The translations under genes were made by a program, and so were the position numbers. 64,000 nt of DNA from Selaginella moellendorffii (Eukaryota; Plantae; Lycopodiophyta), in the NCBI RefSeq assembly GCF_000143415.4, contig NW_003314354.1, positions 459,989 through 523,988 on the forward strand, written 5' to 3'. Positions 36,424 to 48,638 of this stretch are shown here, piece by piece; the first letter of the stretch is position 1; every line of letters starts with the position of its first letter. The notes under the pieces are model-generated. The model was not told the origin of the DNA. It did not search any database and saw only the letters and a list, made by a program, of their open reading frames with translations.

Positions 36424-37373
36424 ATGAACGAAAGCGGCAACTCCGTCTCAGACGTGGACGAGATCCGGGCATACTCTGCAGCAGCGGGCGGGCGATGGTC
36501 TCACAGATCAGACTCCATTTGTCATCACCGGGAACCCAGCACAAACGATCTGGACCAGTTCCTCTTCGTGGGAACCAACACTAGAGGAGATGCGGCAATT
36601 CCAGATGAGGATTTCAAGAAGCTATCCTACACAGAATCCAGGAGTGTGCGTCCATACAGGTCGCGCTTGGTGTATCAGCGGTTCAAGGCGATGAGGTAGG
36701 AACTCATCATCGACGAGTCTGGAGTTCATCACTACATACATGCGATGGATGACTTAGGCAGTGCAGTTGCCTCGTTTGTGGGAACTCTTCACATCGTCCG
36801 GAATGGATCAAGGTTTAATGGCAGAGCACGTCGCCCAGCTGGAATGGTATCGCTGGTTCGCTGCGAGGGTTACTGCTTGTCTGCGGCTCAATGTCTGGAA
36901 GGTTTCGATGGTGACGACAACACAATCTTCGTCAGCTTCCCACGGATGAGCGATCATTCGTGTTTTTACGAGTGCAAGATTGCCAAGGCCGAAGAGTTTG
37001 TGGTGCACTTGGAAGCTAAAGAGCAACAAAGCTTCAAGACTTGCATGGCTACCCGGTTTGGACCGCGTCTGCCTCAGTTTTCAAGTTCAGCGGCCCCAAC
37101 AGCACGCAACTCGTGGAGTGCCCGATGGTTGATTCGTTCGTATGTCCATTCGAGGGCATTGTATTGCCTAGCGCAAAGATTGACCACAAGCTGTCGCTGG
37201 GAGGTCCTGTTGTCAACTGTGCCGGCGAGATGAGAGGGGTGATTATTGCACACAGCCTACTGAAGAAGAGCAGCGACCGGAGAAGAAAAGCGTGCGTTAC
37301 CCGGAAGTTGAAAGTGCAAAGTGTTCCGGACTTGCAGGAGTTTCTAGATGATGTGCTGAATGGAAGAACGTAA
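36424..37373 (+). pseudogene. Trypsin-like (Trypsin_2/HtrA fold) protease homolog, catalytically degenerate, with a frameshift
   Basis: GYCLSAAQCL resembles G.ILTAAH.V; LSLGGPVVNCAGEMRGVI resembles GNSGGPLVN..GEVIGV; 1-nt deletion at ~37064 relative to the duplicate; in-frame TAG at 36697. Confidence 0.6.
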
Positions 37374-38092
37374 ACAACAAGCTGGGCAGGACTGGAGGCG
37401 ATGCAAATTATGAGAGTATTGGTACTTCTTTCTGGTTCTCATTCTTCCTTTTTCTTTCTTGTCTTTTAGAGTGGAAAAATTGCTTGGAACTCAGGAGGTT
37501 AGTCCAGTCTTGTTGATCTAGTAGTTACCAATGTATTCCTCGCTTGCAGAATTTATCGACAGCGCTGTGACGGAGTTTAATCCTTCTAAGCGTCCGAAAG
37601 TTAAATACGTCCCCATGTCCGAGGAGTTTTACAAGGAGCAGGAAGCTGTCAGAGAGGTTTTTAGATCTTGTTGTCAAGATAAGCAATGTCTTTGTCGCAT
37701 TTTTATTTTACTCCAAATGTCAATTGCTGATCATTCCGCAAGATGCATGGATTCCAATGGCCCCGGATGGATTCGATAGCCACATTCATACACGGGGAAG
37801 GAAGTTTTTCCCGCGACTTTGGAGATTTAGGATAGGGTGTTTTCTTGCCAACGCCAACTCGCACCTCACGTGAGTTGCTAGAAAGACACAGTCTCTGTAG
37901 CGTTTCCTTTATGTCGATTTGCGATTCTGTAATCCCACGGGTTTGGAGGTTGGCATGATGATGAGTGTTTTCTTCGCACCTTGGCAGGTATTTTGGCTGG
38001 TACAGGTGCCCGTGCTCTTGGAGCTGATTAATCCATGACCGCCTGGATCATCCCAATGGCGGCCTTCTTGCAGATTTCCAGTACTGCGCAGC
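36969..38092 (+). repeat. Tandem duplication unit A (protease 3' half + eroded methyltransferase 5' region)
   Basis: Collinear with 38708-40372, from cgagtg.aagattgccaagg through cttgcagatttccag.ac.gcgcagc. Confidence 0.88.
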
Positions 38093-38707
38093 AGGAGGTA
38101 ATTATCAAACGTACACTAAATACCTTAAGATTCTCTCGATTATGGCAAGAACGAAGAACAAAACTTTTAAGTAGAGATGTCTAGAGATCCTAAAACAAGA
38201 GAGTTTCTTCGAACCCGATAATCTACAATCGCCTTTTCAAAAATACTCCGCAGAAAACTTCCAGAAAAATTCAATACAATTACAGTTAAATTTGGAGATG
38301 TCTGGATCTACCTCAGGTGGAATCTATTCTTAAAGCCTATTCTTCATCTTCTCTTGAGCCAATTCTCACAATCAAAACACTCTAACATCCAATGGCTGGC
38401 TGCCATTAAACCACCTAGGCTAAAGAAACAAACCATCTCGCCTTTTTAGAGTCGTTAGGAGTGCTTTCTTTTGGGATCATCAGGAACATACATTTTAAAT
38501 TTTCCTCGATTGAATTACAATGCCTTTGGATCTTGTCTCCATGCCTGATTCATTCTGTTTCCTTGGCTGCTTCATCTTCCACAACTTACCACAATAATTT
38601 CAGAATCACACTCAAGCACACCAGGAGAACTCTTCCAATATCTTCGAATTTAAATCTGCTAGAGCTTTCATCGTCAACGTTTTCCTTCTCGTAATGCTTT
38701 TGAGCAG

Positions 38708-39480
38708 CGAGTGTAAGATTGCCAAGGCCGAAGAGTTTGTAGTGCACTTGGAGGCTAAAGAGCAACAAAGCATCAAGACTTGCATGGCTACCTGGTTTGG
38801 ACCTGCGTCTGGCTCCTAACAGCACGCAACTCGTGAAGCGTCCGATGGTTGATTCGTTATCCATTTGAGGGCATTGTAGTGCCGAGCTCAAATATCGACC
38901 ACAAGCTTTCACTGGGAGGTCCTGTTGTCAACCGTGCCCGCGAGATTATAGGGGTGATTATTGCACACAGCCTACTGAAGAAAAACAGTGACTCGAGAGG
39001 AAAAGCGTGCGTTACCCGGTTTGAAACCAAGATGTGTTTCGGACTTGCAGGAGTTTCTAGATGATGCACTGAAATGGAAGAAGCACTCGAGGCGATGCAA
39101 ATTATGACAGTTAAGTTCATTGGTACTTCTTTCTGGTTCCTATTTCTTTCTTGTCTTTTAGAGTGGAAAAATTGCTTGGAACTCAAGAGGTTGGTCGAGT
39201 GCACGGGAGCCGACTTCACTTCTCCCCTTCAGGAGTGGTATTCGCAGCATCCACTGACAGGTTCTTAAACATCTATTTGATTTTGTTGACACTAATGTAT
39301 TTTTCGCTTGCAGAATTCATCGACAGAGCTTTGAGGCAGTTTAATGCTCGTCCGACGTCCGCATGTCCGAGGAGAAAATCCAGAACTTCTACAAGGAGCA
39401 GGAAGGTGTCAGAAAGTTCTTCCATCGATGGAAGAACCGAATTTTCGCCTGTACATCTAAAAGACTCCTATTCTTTCGTT
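38708..39480 (+). pseudogene. Second, 5'-truncated copy of the trypsin-like gene (duplication unit B)
   Basis: PFEGIVVPSSNIDHKLSLGGPVVNRAREIIGVIIAHSLLKK; nucleotide match to 36969-37650. Confidence 0.75.
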
Positions 39481-40305
39481 CACAATCGTGTGCTTCTTTC
39501 TCTCGGATGAGAGATCTGGAGGAATTTGGGAGTTCTTTCTCTAGTTTCTTCGTAGTTCTTCTTCACAGATTTAAATTTGCATAAGCAAAGATCATGGTGA
39601 AAGCATAGATCGAGCGCCAGTTTTTCTGTCGAGCAGGAGTGTGACCTCATGGAAAACCAGCTCCGCATCTTCGACACGCCCAAATATCCTAGCATATCTG
39701 CAAAGTTGCACGATGGAACAATGCAGCCTTAGAATATCTAGATCTTGTTGTCAAGACTGATTCTAATTGTCAAGATAAGCTCGAAAAAGCAATGCCTTTG
39801 TCTCATTTTTATTTTACTCCAGATGTTGTCTTTCATACATCTCAACCGATGATTATTCCGCAAGATCCTCTAACTTGCTGTCTACTCTTGGTGTATGATC
39901 TCTCTCGCTTTCTCCTAATTTGCTAACAGACACGGTCTATACAAGAAGACTGTGGCTTTTCCTCTACGTCGATTTGCGATTCTAATCTTTGCTTGGACGT
40001 TTCACATACGAGTGCTACGTGCTAAATTAGCATTCATAGGCGATGACTATGCATGGATTCCAATGGCCCCAGATGGGGACACGTCATGCCCACACATCGA
40101 TGGACACATTCATACACAGGGAAGGAAAATTTTCCCGCGACTTTGGAGGTCGGCGGTTCGATTTATGATAATGGGTGTTTTCTTGCCAACGCCAAGCAAC
40201 TCGCATCTTGGGCGGTATCTTTGGCTGGTTCACCGATCAAGAAGAAGCGATGGCGCCCACGCTCTCTTCTCTCTTCTCATCTACCGGCATGTAGCCGATC
40301 AATCC

Positions 40306-42482
40306 ATGGCCGCCTGGATTATTGGGATGCTGGCGATCGCGGGATTCTTGCAGATTTCCAGCACCGCGCAGCTCAATCTCTCCAGCAACATCGAAATTCT
40401 GGGGTTTCTTGATGGCCAGGGCTCGGTCGCGATCGAGGGACTGATAGGGATTGGGAAGGAGGAGAGCGTTGCTGTGGCGGAGGTGGAGGAGGAGATTATC
40501 TCGTCGCGGCTCCCACAGAATTCTACTTCCGACAATTCAAGGCTCAGGGACTTGAGGCGCTCGATTTCTTCCCAAGCCTGCAAGTCGATCCCAACGGATT
40601 CAATCCCTTGCCAGATCGAGGATGAGTCTAATTCCTCCAGCTGCGAGCGCCGGCGCATTGAAAATCCCTGTCTCGTTCCGCTGCCACGGGGATACACGCG
40701 CCCGGATGCCTGGCCTTCTTGCGTCCACAAGGTTCGCGCCGCTTGCGATTCCTTCCCTCCAAGCGAAGAGGAATTCTAGGGTTTGATCCTTTCGATTTGA
40801 TGCCAGGCAAGGGCGGAGAACATCGGCAATGGCGATCTTGCGCGCTCGACCGCCGCTGCGATCCAAATGCACGGCACCAAAATCTCGTTTCGATCTGCCG
40901 AACTGGACGCCGCCAGGAAATATGTCGATGAGCTCCTCCAGGTAGTAGTGACATTCTTGAGATGTACAGAAGAACTCTTGCTTTCTACAGTCGCTACCAG
41001 GATTTGAGCCCCGGTTGGCCCTGAATCTAGAGGCCGGTGTGGGGAGCTTGAGCGTGGAGTTTGATAGACATGGAATTTTGGCGCTTTCTATCGCATCGAA
41101 GAAATCGAGAGCCGATGCCATCCAGCTTGTTCTCGAGAGAGGCTTTCCCGGAATGGTCCAGAGTTTTGCCAGAGAAAGACTTCCATATCCAAGCGAAGCC
41201 TTTGATCTCATCCATTGTGGGAGCTGTAGTACTTCTTGGGCCAGGAAGAGTGAGTGAGCATTGGATGTCTAAGCAATTGACAAACTGGTTTCTTGCTTGC
41301 AGGAGCGTTGCATCTTTTCGAAGCTGATCGAATTTTGCGACGAGGTGGTTTTTTCGTTTGGAGCAATACAGGAAAAGAAAAACTATGGAACGGTTAGTCT
41401 TTTTCAGTTTTCTTTTCATCTTGATGTTCTTGATTGATAGAAGCTTTCTCTGCATTTGGCAGATATGTTGAAAGCAGCAGTTTCGATGTGTTGGATCCTG
41501 GCTTCGAGAAAGAACAAAGTTGCTATTTGGCAGAAGCCCGCGAACAATTCCTGTTATCAGCTACAAAACCACTCGGTGTTTTGTGATCCTGGAAGTCCAC
41601 CACCTGATGATACTTGGTAAAATACTCGCGAAGGGTATGTGATAAGCTGTTGGACTCACACTCAGGTTTTATGCTTTTCGCTGTCAGGGGCATTCCATTG
41701 CAAGCTTGTATATCCGGTCCTTCAAAACTAGCAGCAGCAAGTGAAAGACGCAGCTGGCCAACGCGATTGCTAAATGCGATGCGCCTCAAGACCATCCTTT
41801 CTTACAACAGCTTGAAGTTGGCCACAGTGGAGGCGTATGAAGCTGACCTGAACTACTGGAAAATGCTGACGGATTTTTACTTGACATCTTTGGGTCCATC
41901 AAGGATTCGGGAGATTCGCAACGTTCTCGATACAAACGCTGGATATGGCGGGTAAGAGAGAGGCTTCTTGCATTTTGGAAGCTGATAAAGCTTGGAGATT
42001 GTTACGCAGGTTTGCTGCTGCATTGGCATCACGAAATCCTGCTCTGTCATGGTGGGTGCTCAACGTTTCTCCGGTGGACAATCCTCACAACCACCTCGCA
42101 AACATATTTGATCGAGGACTGCTGGGAGTTTATCACGATTGGTGCAAAGCTCTGCCCATGTATCCACGCTCCTTCGACTTGGTGCATGCTTCTCGACTCT
42201 TCTCCGCCAAGCACAAGTAAGCCCCTTGTGATAGTTTTGATTTCCGTAGTTTGCTAATCGCTGATCTGGTGCAGTTGCTCAATGGTTGTCATCCTTCTCG
42301 AGATCGATAGATTGCTAAGGCCTGGAGGTTTTGCGATATTTCGAGATGACATAGGGACGCTGCTAGAGGTGAAGAGCATTGCCAACGCTTTGCATTGGAA
42401 GACAACGATTCAGGACACTGATAGTGGACCTCAGGGCAAAGATAAAGTCATGCATTCCCAAAAGACTTCCTGGCAACCATAG
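40306..42482 (+). CDS. Putative SAM-dependent methyltransferase, PMT/DUF248 (Methyltransf_29) family, multi-exon
   Basis: N-terminal anchor; CLVPLPRGY..P..WP; LERGFP..RLPYPSEAFDLIHC; IRNVLDTNAGYGGFAAAL; IFDRGLLGVYHDWC..YPRSFDLVHA; LLEIDRLLRPGGFAIFRD. Confidence 0.9.
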
Positions 42483-42999
42483 TGAGGCGAGAGAACTGTG
42501 TATTTTGTTTCCGAATTTAAGAGCACGTCTTCCATTCAGTTTCAACGTTGATGGTTTCATAAGGTGATTCATGCTGAGAATATTCTTTATTTCTAGTCAG
42601 TTCAACTGTCTGTACTTGCCGTCGCCCACTTCACGCCCATTTCATTTGGTCAGTAAGATGCAACGCTCTGGATGATCGCCCGGGTGCAGCGCCATCAGAG
42701 AAAATATGTAGCTCCGATACCATGTTGGAATGAGGAAGTGTGGACAATGTGTCTATTATGGATCCATTGTCCATGTTTCCTCATTCCTTCATGGCATCAT
42801 AGCTGCATATGTGCTTTGATTGGCTAGTTGTTTCCCACCTGGTCTAGTTATAATGCAAATGGAACGGTTCTAGTTCATGGAAAAGGATCTGTGGGACAAA
42901 GTTTCCAGAAGATAAGGGAGAACAACACAGGGGAAGGATCTCCTTGTGAAAAGTAGCATCTGACATTTTGGAGGCGCCAACCACGGCGACGACACAGTG

Positions 43000-43343
43000 A
43001 GGACCTACGGTGTACAAGACGATCTTGGTCTTCAGTGCTACACCAAGGGAATACATGCAGGAAATCGTGAGCAAGAAAGTGGATCCAAGTGGCAGTCTTG
43101 TGGCAGGCTTCTATTCCGCAGAGGACATGGAGTGGATGCAGAGTCCAGCAAGCCGGGACAGGATTAAGGACTTGAGGACTGGACAAGGGCTTGAATAAGC
43201 TTGTGTGGCTGATGACACTCCAAGCTTGTATCCCTACAATCCATCCCATGAGCGGGATCGCGGTGTCACCTTTCATGGGTGATCCTGGTGACTAGGAGCT
43301 GCAGGAACTTGCTAAGTGTCGGGATGTGGTTGATGCTCTTCGC
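43000..43343 (+). pseudogene. NIF/FCP1-SCP-like phosphatase relic (C-terminal part of the domain)
   Basis: Across frameshifts: ILVFSATPREYMQEIV..VDPSG..IKDLR..LNKLVW.DDTPSLY..PMSGIAVSPFMGDPGD*ELQEL, matching NIF consensus VVFTAS..YAD.V..LDP..VKDL..VIVDNSP..P.NGIPI..F.GDP.D.EL. Confidence 0.7.
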
Positions 43344-43345
43344 AT

Positions 43346-43446
43346 CAGGACACTGATAACGTCGGGGCAAAGATAAAGTCATGCACACCTCTATAGTAAA
43401 GCGAGATCGTTTTGAAAGAATTGTGTATTTTGTTAACACGTCTTAC
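43346..43446 (+). repeat. Eroded direct copy of the methyltransferase 3' end (42411-42532)
   Basis: Shared caggacactgata, gggcaaagataaagtcatgca, tgtgtattttgtt and cacgtctt in order. Confidence 0.8.
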
Positions 43447-43459
43447 AAGTGGCATGGTT

Positions 43460-46400
43460 TCATACTTTTCCATATCGCCAGTATTGTGCCCAGCGATGCA
43501 TTGTATCCACCACTTGAGGAAAAAGAGCATTAACACTCTCGTTTATCAGTAATTGGAAAAACTGGATAGCTTCCTCGTCGTCCAAAGATAATTGGAATTT
43601 TTCTTGCAACTACAAGCAAAACACGGCACGATTACTGCTGCTGACATACAAGCAAAACTTACCTTCAAGATTGCAACTTCGGAATTTGACATTAAATAGA
43701 AGAGGTTCAGTATTAAGTTGCTGGACTTCCTCAGAATGTTGAATGCCTCACAGCAGTATAGCTTAAACTTCCCGTAGTATTCACTGTAAACGACATGGAT
43801 AAATTGGTTTGAAAAAGGACAAATCCCGTTACCTGTTAATACCTCCCATGGCGTCGACCATTTCTTTACACAGCTTCATAGGTGGAGGGAAAGGCTTTGG
43901 ATCCTTGCCAAGAATGAAGCCAAAATCTACATGAAATAATCGTCCATCGTCTCTGATCAGTAAGTTTTCCAAGTGCCTGTAGATGGAGAAGCTTCAAACC
44001 CGTTAACAAGCACTAACAAGAATGCTTGCCTGTCTCCCACACCCAAAATGTACGTTATAACACAATATCCAGCGCAGCTCTTCACAAAAGTTTCGAGACA
44101 TGGTGCGCTGATCCCGAATTGACCCTCTGGATCGGGATGGCATTGTCGAAAGTAGTTGATGATAGACCTGTGACGGACCAAAATCTGCAACAATAATTAA
44201 CGCCTGAAAAGAAGAAGAAGGAAAAAAAAAAACAACAAAAACAAAACAAAACATACCGTTTGCAAATTCTTTGATCCTGTCACGAACTCGAGCAATCCCT
44301 CGTCCTTGTTGGTAGCAAGAACCCTGTAAGGCGTGAGCTGCAGATCAAGGTTCTCCACTTTCAGGAGCTGGTCCATCAGAGTGATAAGTTGGATCACCTA
44401 TAACGGAGTAAGTTACTTTCCTCGCAAAACAACGAAAAAAGAAAAGGAAAAGCTCACCAGCTGATCTTGTTGGAGATCATCACCTTTTTTGAACATGACC
44501 TTGCAGCTTCCACCAGCCACAGTTCGAAAAGTTAATACTAGTGGACTACGTGAACTCGTGAACACTGATGATTCACATGGTACGATCCCCGTGATTATAA
44601 TTTTCGGATCCAAGGGGGAAGGCAGCTCCTCAAATGAGGTCAAGTCGCTAAGCAGTTGACGAAGCTTCTCGTCCTTGTCAGCAACATCCTTGACAGCCGT
44701 GGCAATACTGCAGAGCTTAGAAACAAGCTCAGTTTGACGGTGAAGCTGGTCCAGCAGCGGCTTTCCGCTATAATCCATAGGCTTCTCCTGAAACAAAATT
44801 TATAGCAGAAGGAAATCGATATAACATGCACACACCTTCAACATCTGTGTCTCAAACAAGTCGTGCACGGAAAAAAATCTCTTCGTTTTGTTTGAGGGTT
44901 CTGTCGCTTTGGCGAGTTCCTTCATCACATACCAATGAAAAGAATTAGCCAGGTCTGGGATTTGCACCGCTGTAGGAAGGTTGTTTGTCAGACCAGCCAG
45001 ACTTGGTAGCACAAGAATCGGCTTACCTTTCTCTACCAAAAAATAAGCAAGCGGGGACTTGTCACATCGTTCAAACTGAAGAGCTTGTACTAGCTGCAAC
45101 CAGTAGCACTGCAGCTCCTCCGCCGTTGTTTTCTTCCTCAAGGCCTCAACTGCATATGCTCGTACCTGGAATGCACCTAACGTGGTAAGGATAAAAGAAA
45201 CTGCTGTGGGACTAGTACCTCCTCACTCTCAAAATCAGCAGATAAGAGCTCCAGAGCATCTGGAATATCAACAGGTTCCCACTTATGCATCAATTCCGTC
45301 GCTTGCTTTGCTTCCTGCACAAATAAAGAAGTAATTAGGAGAAAAAACTCCAGAGTACACCACCTGTGCGTCATTCCAATCAACGCATCGAAGAAACTTT
45401 GTAAGCGCCTTTTTGTCGGTCGACAAGTAGAAACGAAATTTCCACAGTAACATTTTGTCATCGCTAGTCAGCTTTTGCGTGGGAGGAGAATTACACACTT
45501 GCATGAGTACTCTGCAAAAACATAATGTCTGAAAGAAACACCAATGACGAACTGTAGCGCACCTCTTTTCTTTGGAGCTTGGTTTCAAGTCCGGGTCAAT
45601 GACAAGTCTTGAAATACTTCGAGCCAGTTTGAAGTGCTTGACCTCACAGGGATTTTCACGACCAATCTCGGTATCCCATAGTGCACACAAAGTTCTAGAA
45701 GTCGGTGGCTGAGAAAGTAAAGCTTCAGCTCGTTCCTGGAACAATTGTAAGTTAGAAGGGAGAAAAGCGGAAACACGAGGTAAAACCTGGTACTCGACGG
45801 CGTGTCCGAATGACCACAACTTCACTGTCAAAAAAATATGAGTGCTGCTCTTTTTCTGCTCTGCCATGATCTTGTCGATAGCTTTCAAAGCCGAGTTGTC
45901 CAGCCAGTCAATGTGTTCGATGTCTCCTCTTTCATACTTCGAAAGGAGCTTGTCAAGACGTTCCCCTTCCCCTCTCTCACCTTCCGGCACCTGAGAATAC
46001 TTCGTTTGGCCAGTAAGTGATCTAAGCACGTAAATACCTTGCCAGGCGTGGTGCTTACAGCGGAACCATCGGCAACACGCCCTCGCCAAAGCCTGAGCCT
46101 CTGCTTTCCAGTTTTAAGCTGCCCCTTACTGTTAAATAGCCTAAGAGTTGAACCACCTACGGCGATTTCTTGCAATGGGTTCGATACATCCCACACCTGT
46201 AAACAAATGAATGGTCACAAAAACGACACAAAGCGGAAAACACTACACTTAACAGTGAAAGCTAGCTGCGCATTCAAAGACAAATCTCTGTACTTTCCAG
46301 TAAGTGTGATCGCCTCGTTCCATTTATAAGGCTTTTCGATTGCCAATCTTCATGGGAATAAAAAAAATTAAAAAATTTACCAAGAGAGGTCTACGTAGAT

Positions 46401-46634
46401 TTAACCATACCCAGTTCTTGTGACGAGGCCAAAAGGCGATCCATCAATGTAGAGCGCGCATTCCACATAGAGCGCAGGAGAGAGATCTTCTGCAGTGGAA
46501 GAAAAGAGTATATAAACAATAAAATTTTCCCTTGTACCTTGAGAGCTTGGACGCGAGCGCAAATCTCCCTGCAAGGACTCTACAAGAGCTGTTACCGGAA
46601 AATTGATGTCCGAGGAGAGGAACACTTGATCCAT
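43460..46634 (-). CDS. VPS34: Class III phosphatidylinositol 3-kinase VPS34, multi-exon
   Basis: [10 protein letters not shown] start; [11 protein letters not shown]; [12 protein letters not shown]; LVQALQFE; FKKGDDL; [17 protein letters not shown]|HLENL; [22 protein letters not shown]; HRWAQYWR. Confidence 0.95.
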
Positions 46635-46687
46635 TCGTTCCCCTTCTGCTAAGAAGCCCTAAGCCCTAGGTAATAATGGAGGGAAGT

Positions 46688-47119
46688 TCAAGCGACTAAG
46701 GCCAAGGGCCGTCGCTTGCGTGAGGAGGGGCAGCCAACAGACTTGTCCTTGTTCTGTGACGATGATCTTGGCTGCCTCCCGGAATTGGCACTGCTTCTTC
46801 TCTTGCTGGGCGGAGGAAAATCTTCCCAAACAAAGAATTCTGTCGAATCCATCGTTTTGGCCCCAACTTCTGGAGCAGCGTAGTGCTGCGCGCGTGGTCC
46901 CTGCAGAGAATCGAGCTTCACCTGTTCTAATTTCTCCGCAACTACATCCTGATTGCTCTCACTCTCATCTTGTAGCGGCTGTCGATCCTGCTGCTGCTCG
47001 GGACCTAATTCTACCTCACCGCCGAGCTCCTCGGGATGGCACACAAGCTCTAGAAGCTCCGCCTTGCGGACAATCTCCTCGATTCTCCACCCGATCTCCC
47101 AGAGCTGCTGCTGCGCCAT
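46688..47119 (-). CDS. Hypothetical 143-aa protein (acidic N-half, basic C-tail), single exon
   Basis: Open frame with gcaATGGCG start context and TAGGGTT 16 nt upstream, as at neighbouring genes; no family recognised. Confidence 0.5.
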   Translation of the reverse strand: MAQQQLWEIGWRIEEIVRKAELLELVCHPEELGGEVELGPEQQQDRQPLQDESESNQDVVAEKLEQVKLDSLQGPRAQHYAAPEVGAKTMDSTEFFVWEDFPPPSKRRSSANSGRQPRSSSQNKDKSVGCPSSRKRRPLALVA

Positions 47120-48638
47120 TGCTCTCTCGCCAGAACCCTAAAAGCGTTTCCCGCTCTACGCTTTAATTTTAAAATTTAAGCCCGTTAGAAGTGCCGACGT
47201 GGCATATTCTAAAAATCATCCAACGGTCTGTAACCCTGCAAATTTCTAGTATCTCTGAGCCCAACTAGTGCCCCAGTGCGCTCTCGTAGTCTCCCTGACA
47301 AAAGAACGTGTCGCCTTGGGCCTAGAAACAAGAAAAGTTCTCAGAGCACTCACAAACAACTAGACCAAAGATCGAAAGATTCATCAATTCCAACACACAC
47401 ATGAGCACTATGAGTTTATAGGATGATAACTGCATTGAAATATGTTCTAATCTAAAATTTATTCACTGATATCCTCTCATGAACTTGAAGATCTCAAGCT
47501 CTCCCCGCATTTGTGAAGAAGAAGTAAAAACCCTAGGATAACAGGCACAATTTCTGCCAAGGTTAAGAAAATCATGTACGAATTCATTTATTTAAATATA
47601 ATTTGTGTACATAAAGGCATAATATAAAATTTTATATGATTTACTGCTTATAAACTAATTTTTAGAAAAAACTACTCACAAAATCTTAAAAACCGCTCAT
47701 TAAACTTATCCTAAGTCAGTCCATTTATGGCTCAATATCCGTTTGTTTATGGCCCAATTTTTTGTCCATCGATGGCCCTAATATTGTCCATTTGTTGCTG
47801 TGAGGAGGAGTGAGGGCAGTGTGGGCAACAACATTCTCTAGGTAACTATAAGCATGCCCAGAGATATTAGAGTGAAAACAAGCAAATTCATTACTTTTGT
47901 TTTTGGTGTTTGCTTATTAGAGATTCCAGGACTTCATTCTTTCTCTTATTTTTTTTTTTCTCATTGCTTCCTCTTCTTTCTCCTTTTTTTTTTCAAGGCT
48001 TCCAATTTTTTCTTCTCTATCGCTTCAACTTTTCTAGCTGCTATTTCTTCCCTCTCCTTTTTCTTGATGGCTGTTGCTTCTTTCTTTTTTATTGTTGTTT
48101 CTTCTCTTTCCTTTTTCCTTGAAGCCCTTTCAATTGCTTCCAATTTTTTCTGCTTCTCATGTGCTTCTTTTGCAGTGGCAATTGCTTTAACCACACTAGT
48201 GAATTCTAGACTTGTTAAAATAGTTCCAACACTAGCTTGCAACACTAGTCCAAGTCGAAGACAACTTTGCACCCCTAAAAATAATTTTGCATGTAAGTAT
48301 GCCACCTTGTTGTTTTCTGATTGCCATCCAGGCACATCCATGTGTTGCTCATGCTGCTCAACTTGATGCTCTAGCGAAGCTCCTGGGAAACAAAGTTGTA
48401 AGTGAATGAGAATTGAGTAGTGCTTTTTACCTAGTTGCTCAAGTTGTCTAGGAAGTTCAGGATGCTCAAGCTGGTCACAATCACTGCTTGCTTGTTGCTC
48501 AGGCTGCATTGGATGCTATAGATGGACCTCAGCCTGCACTAAATCCTCATGCTGTTCAGGCTTCACTAGATTCCTAGTTCATGATTGAGGTGGCTGCCAA
48601 TCTCTGGTCTCCCAGTTCCAAAGTGTTTTTGAAGTCTG

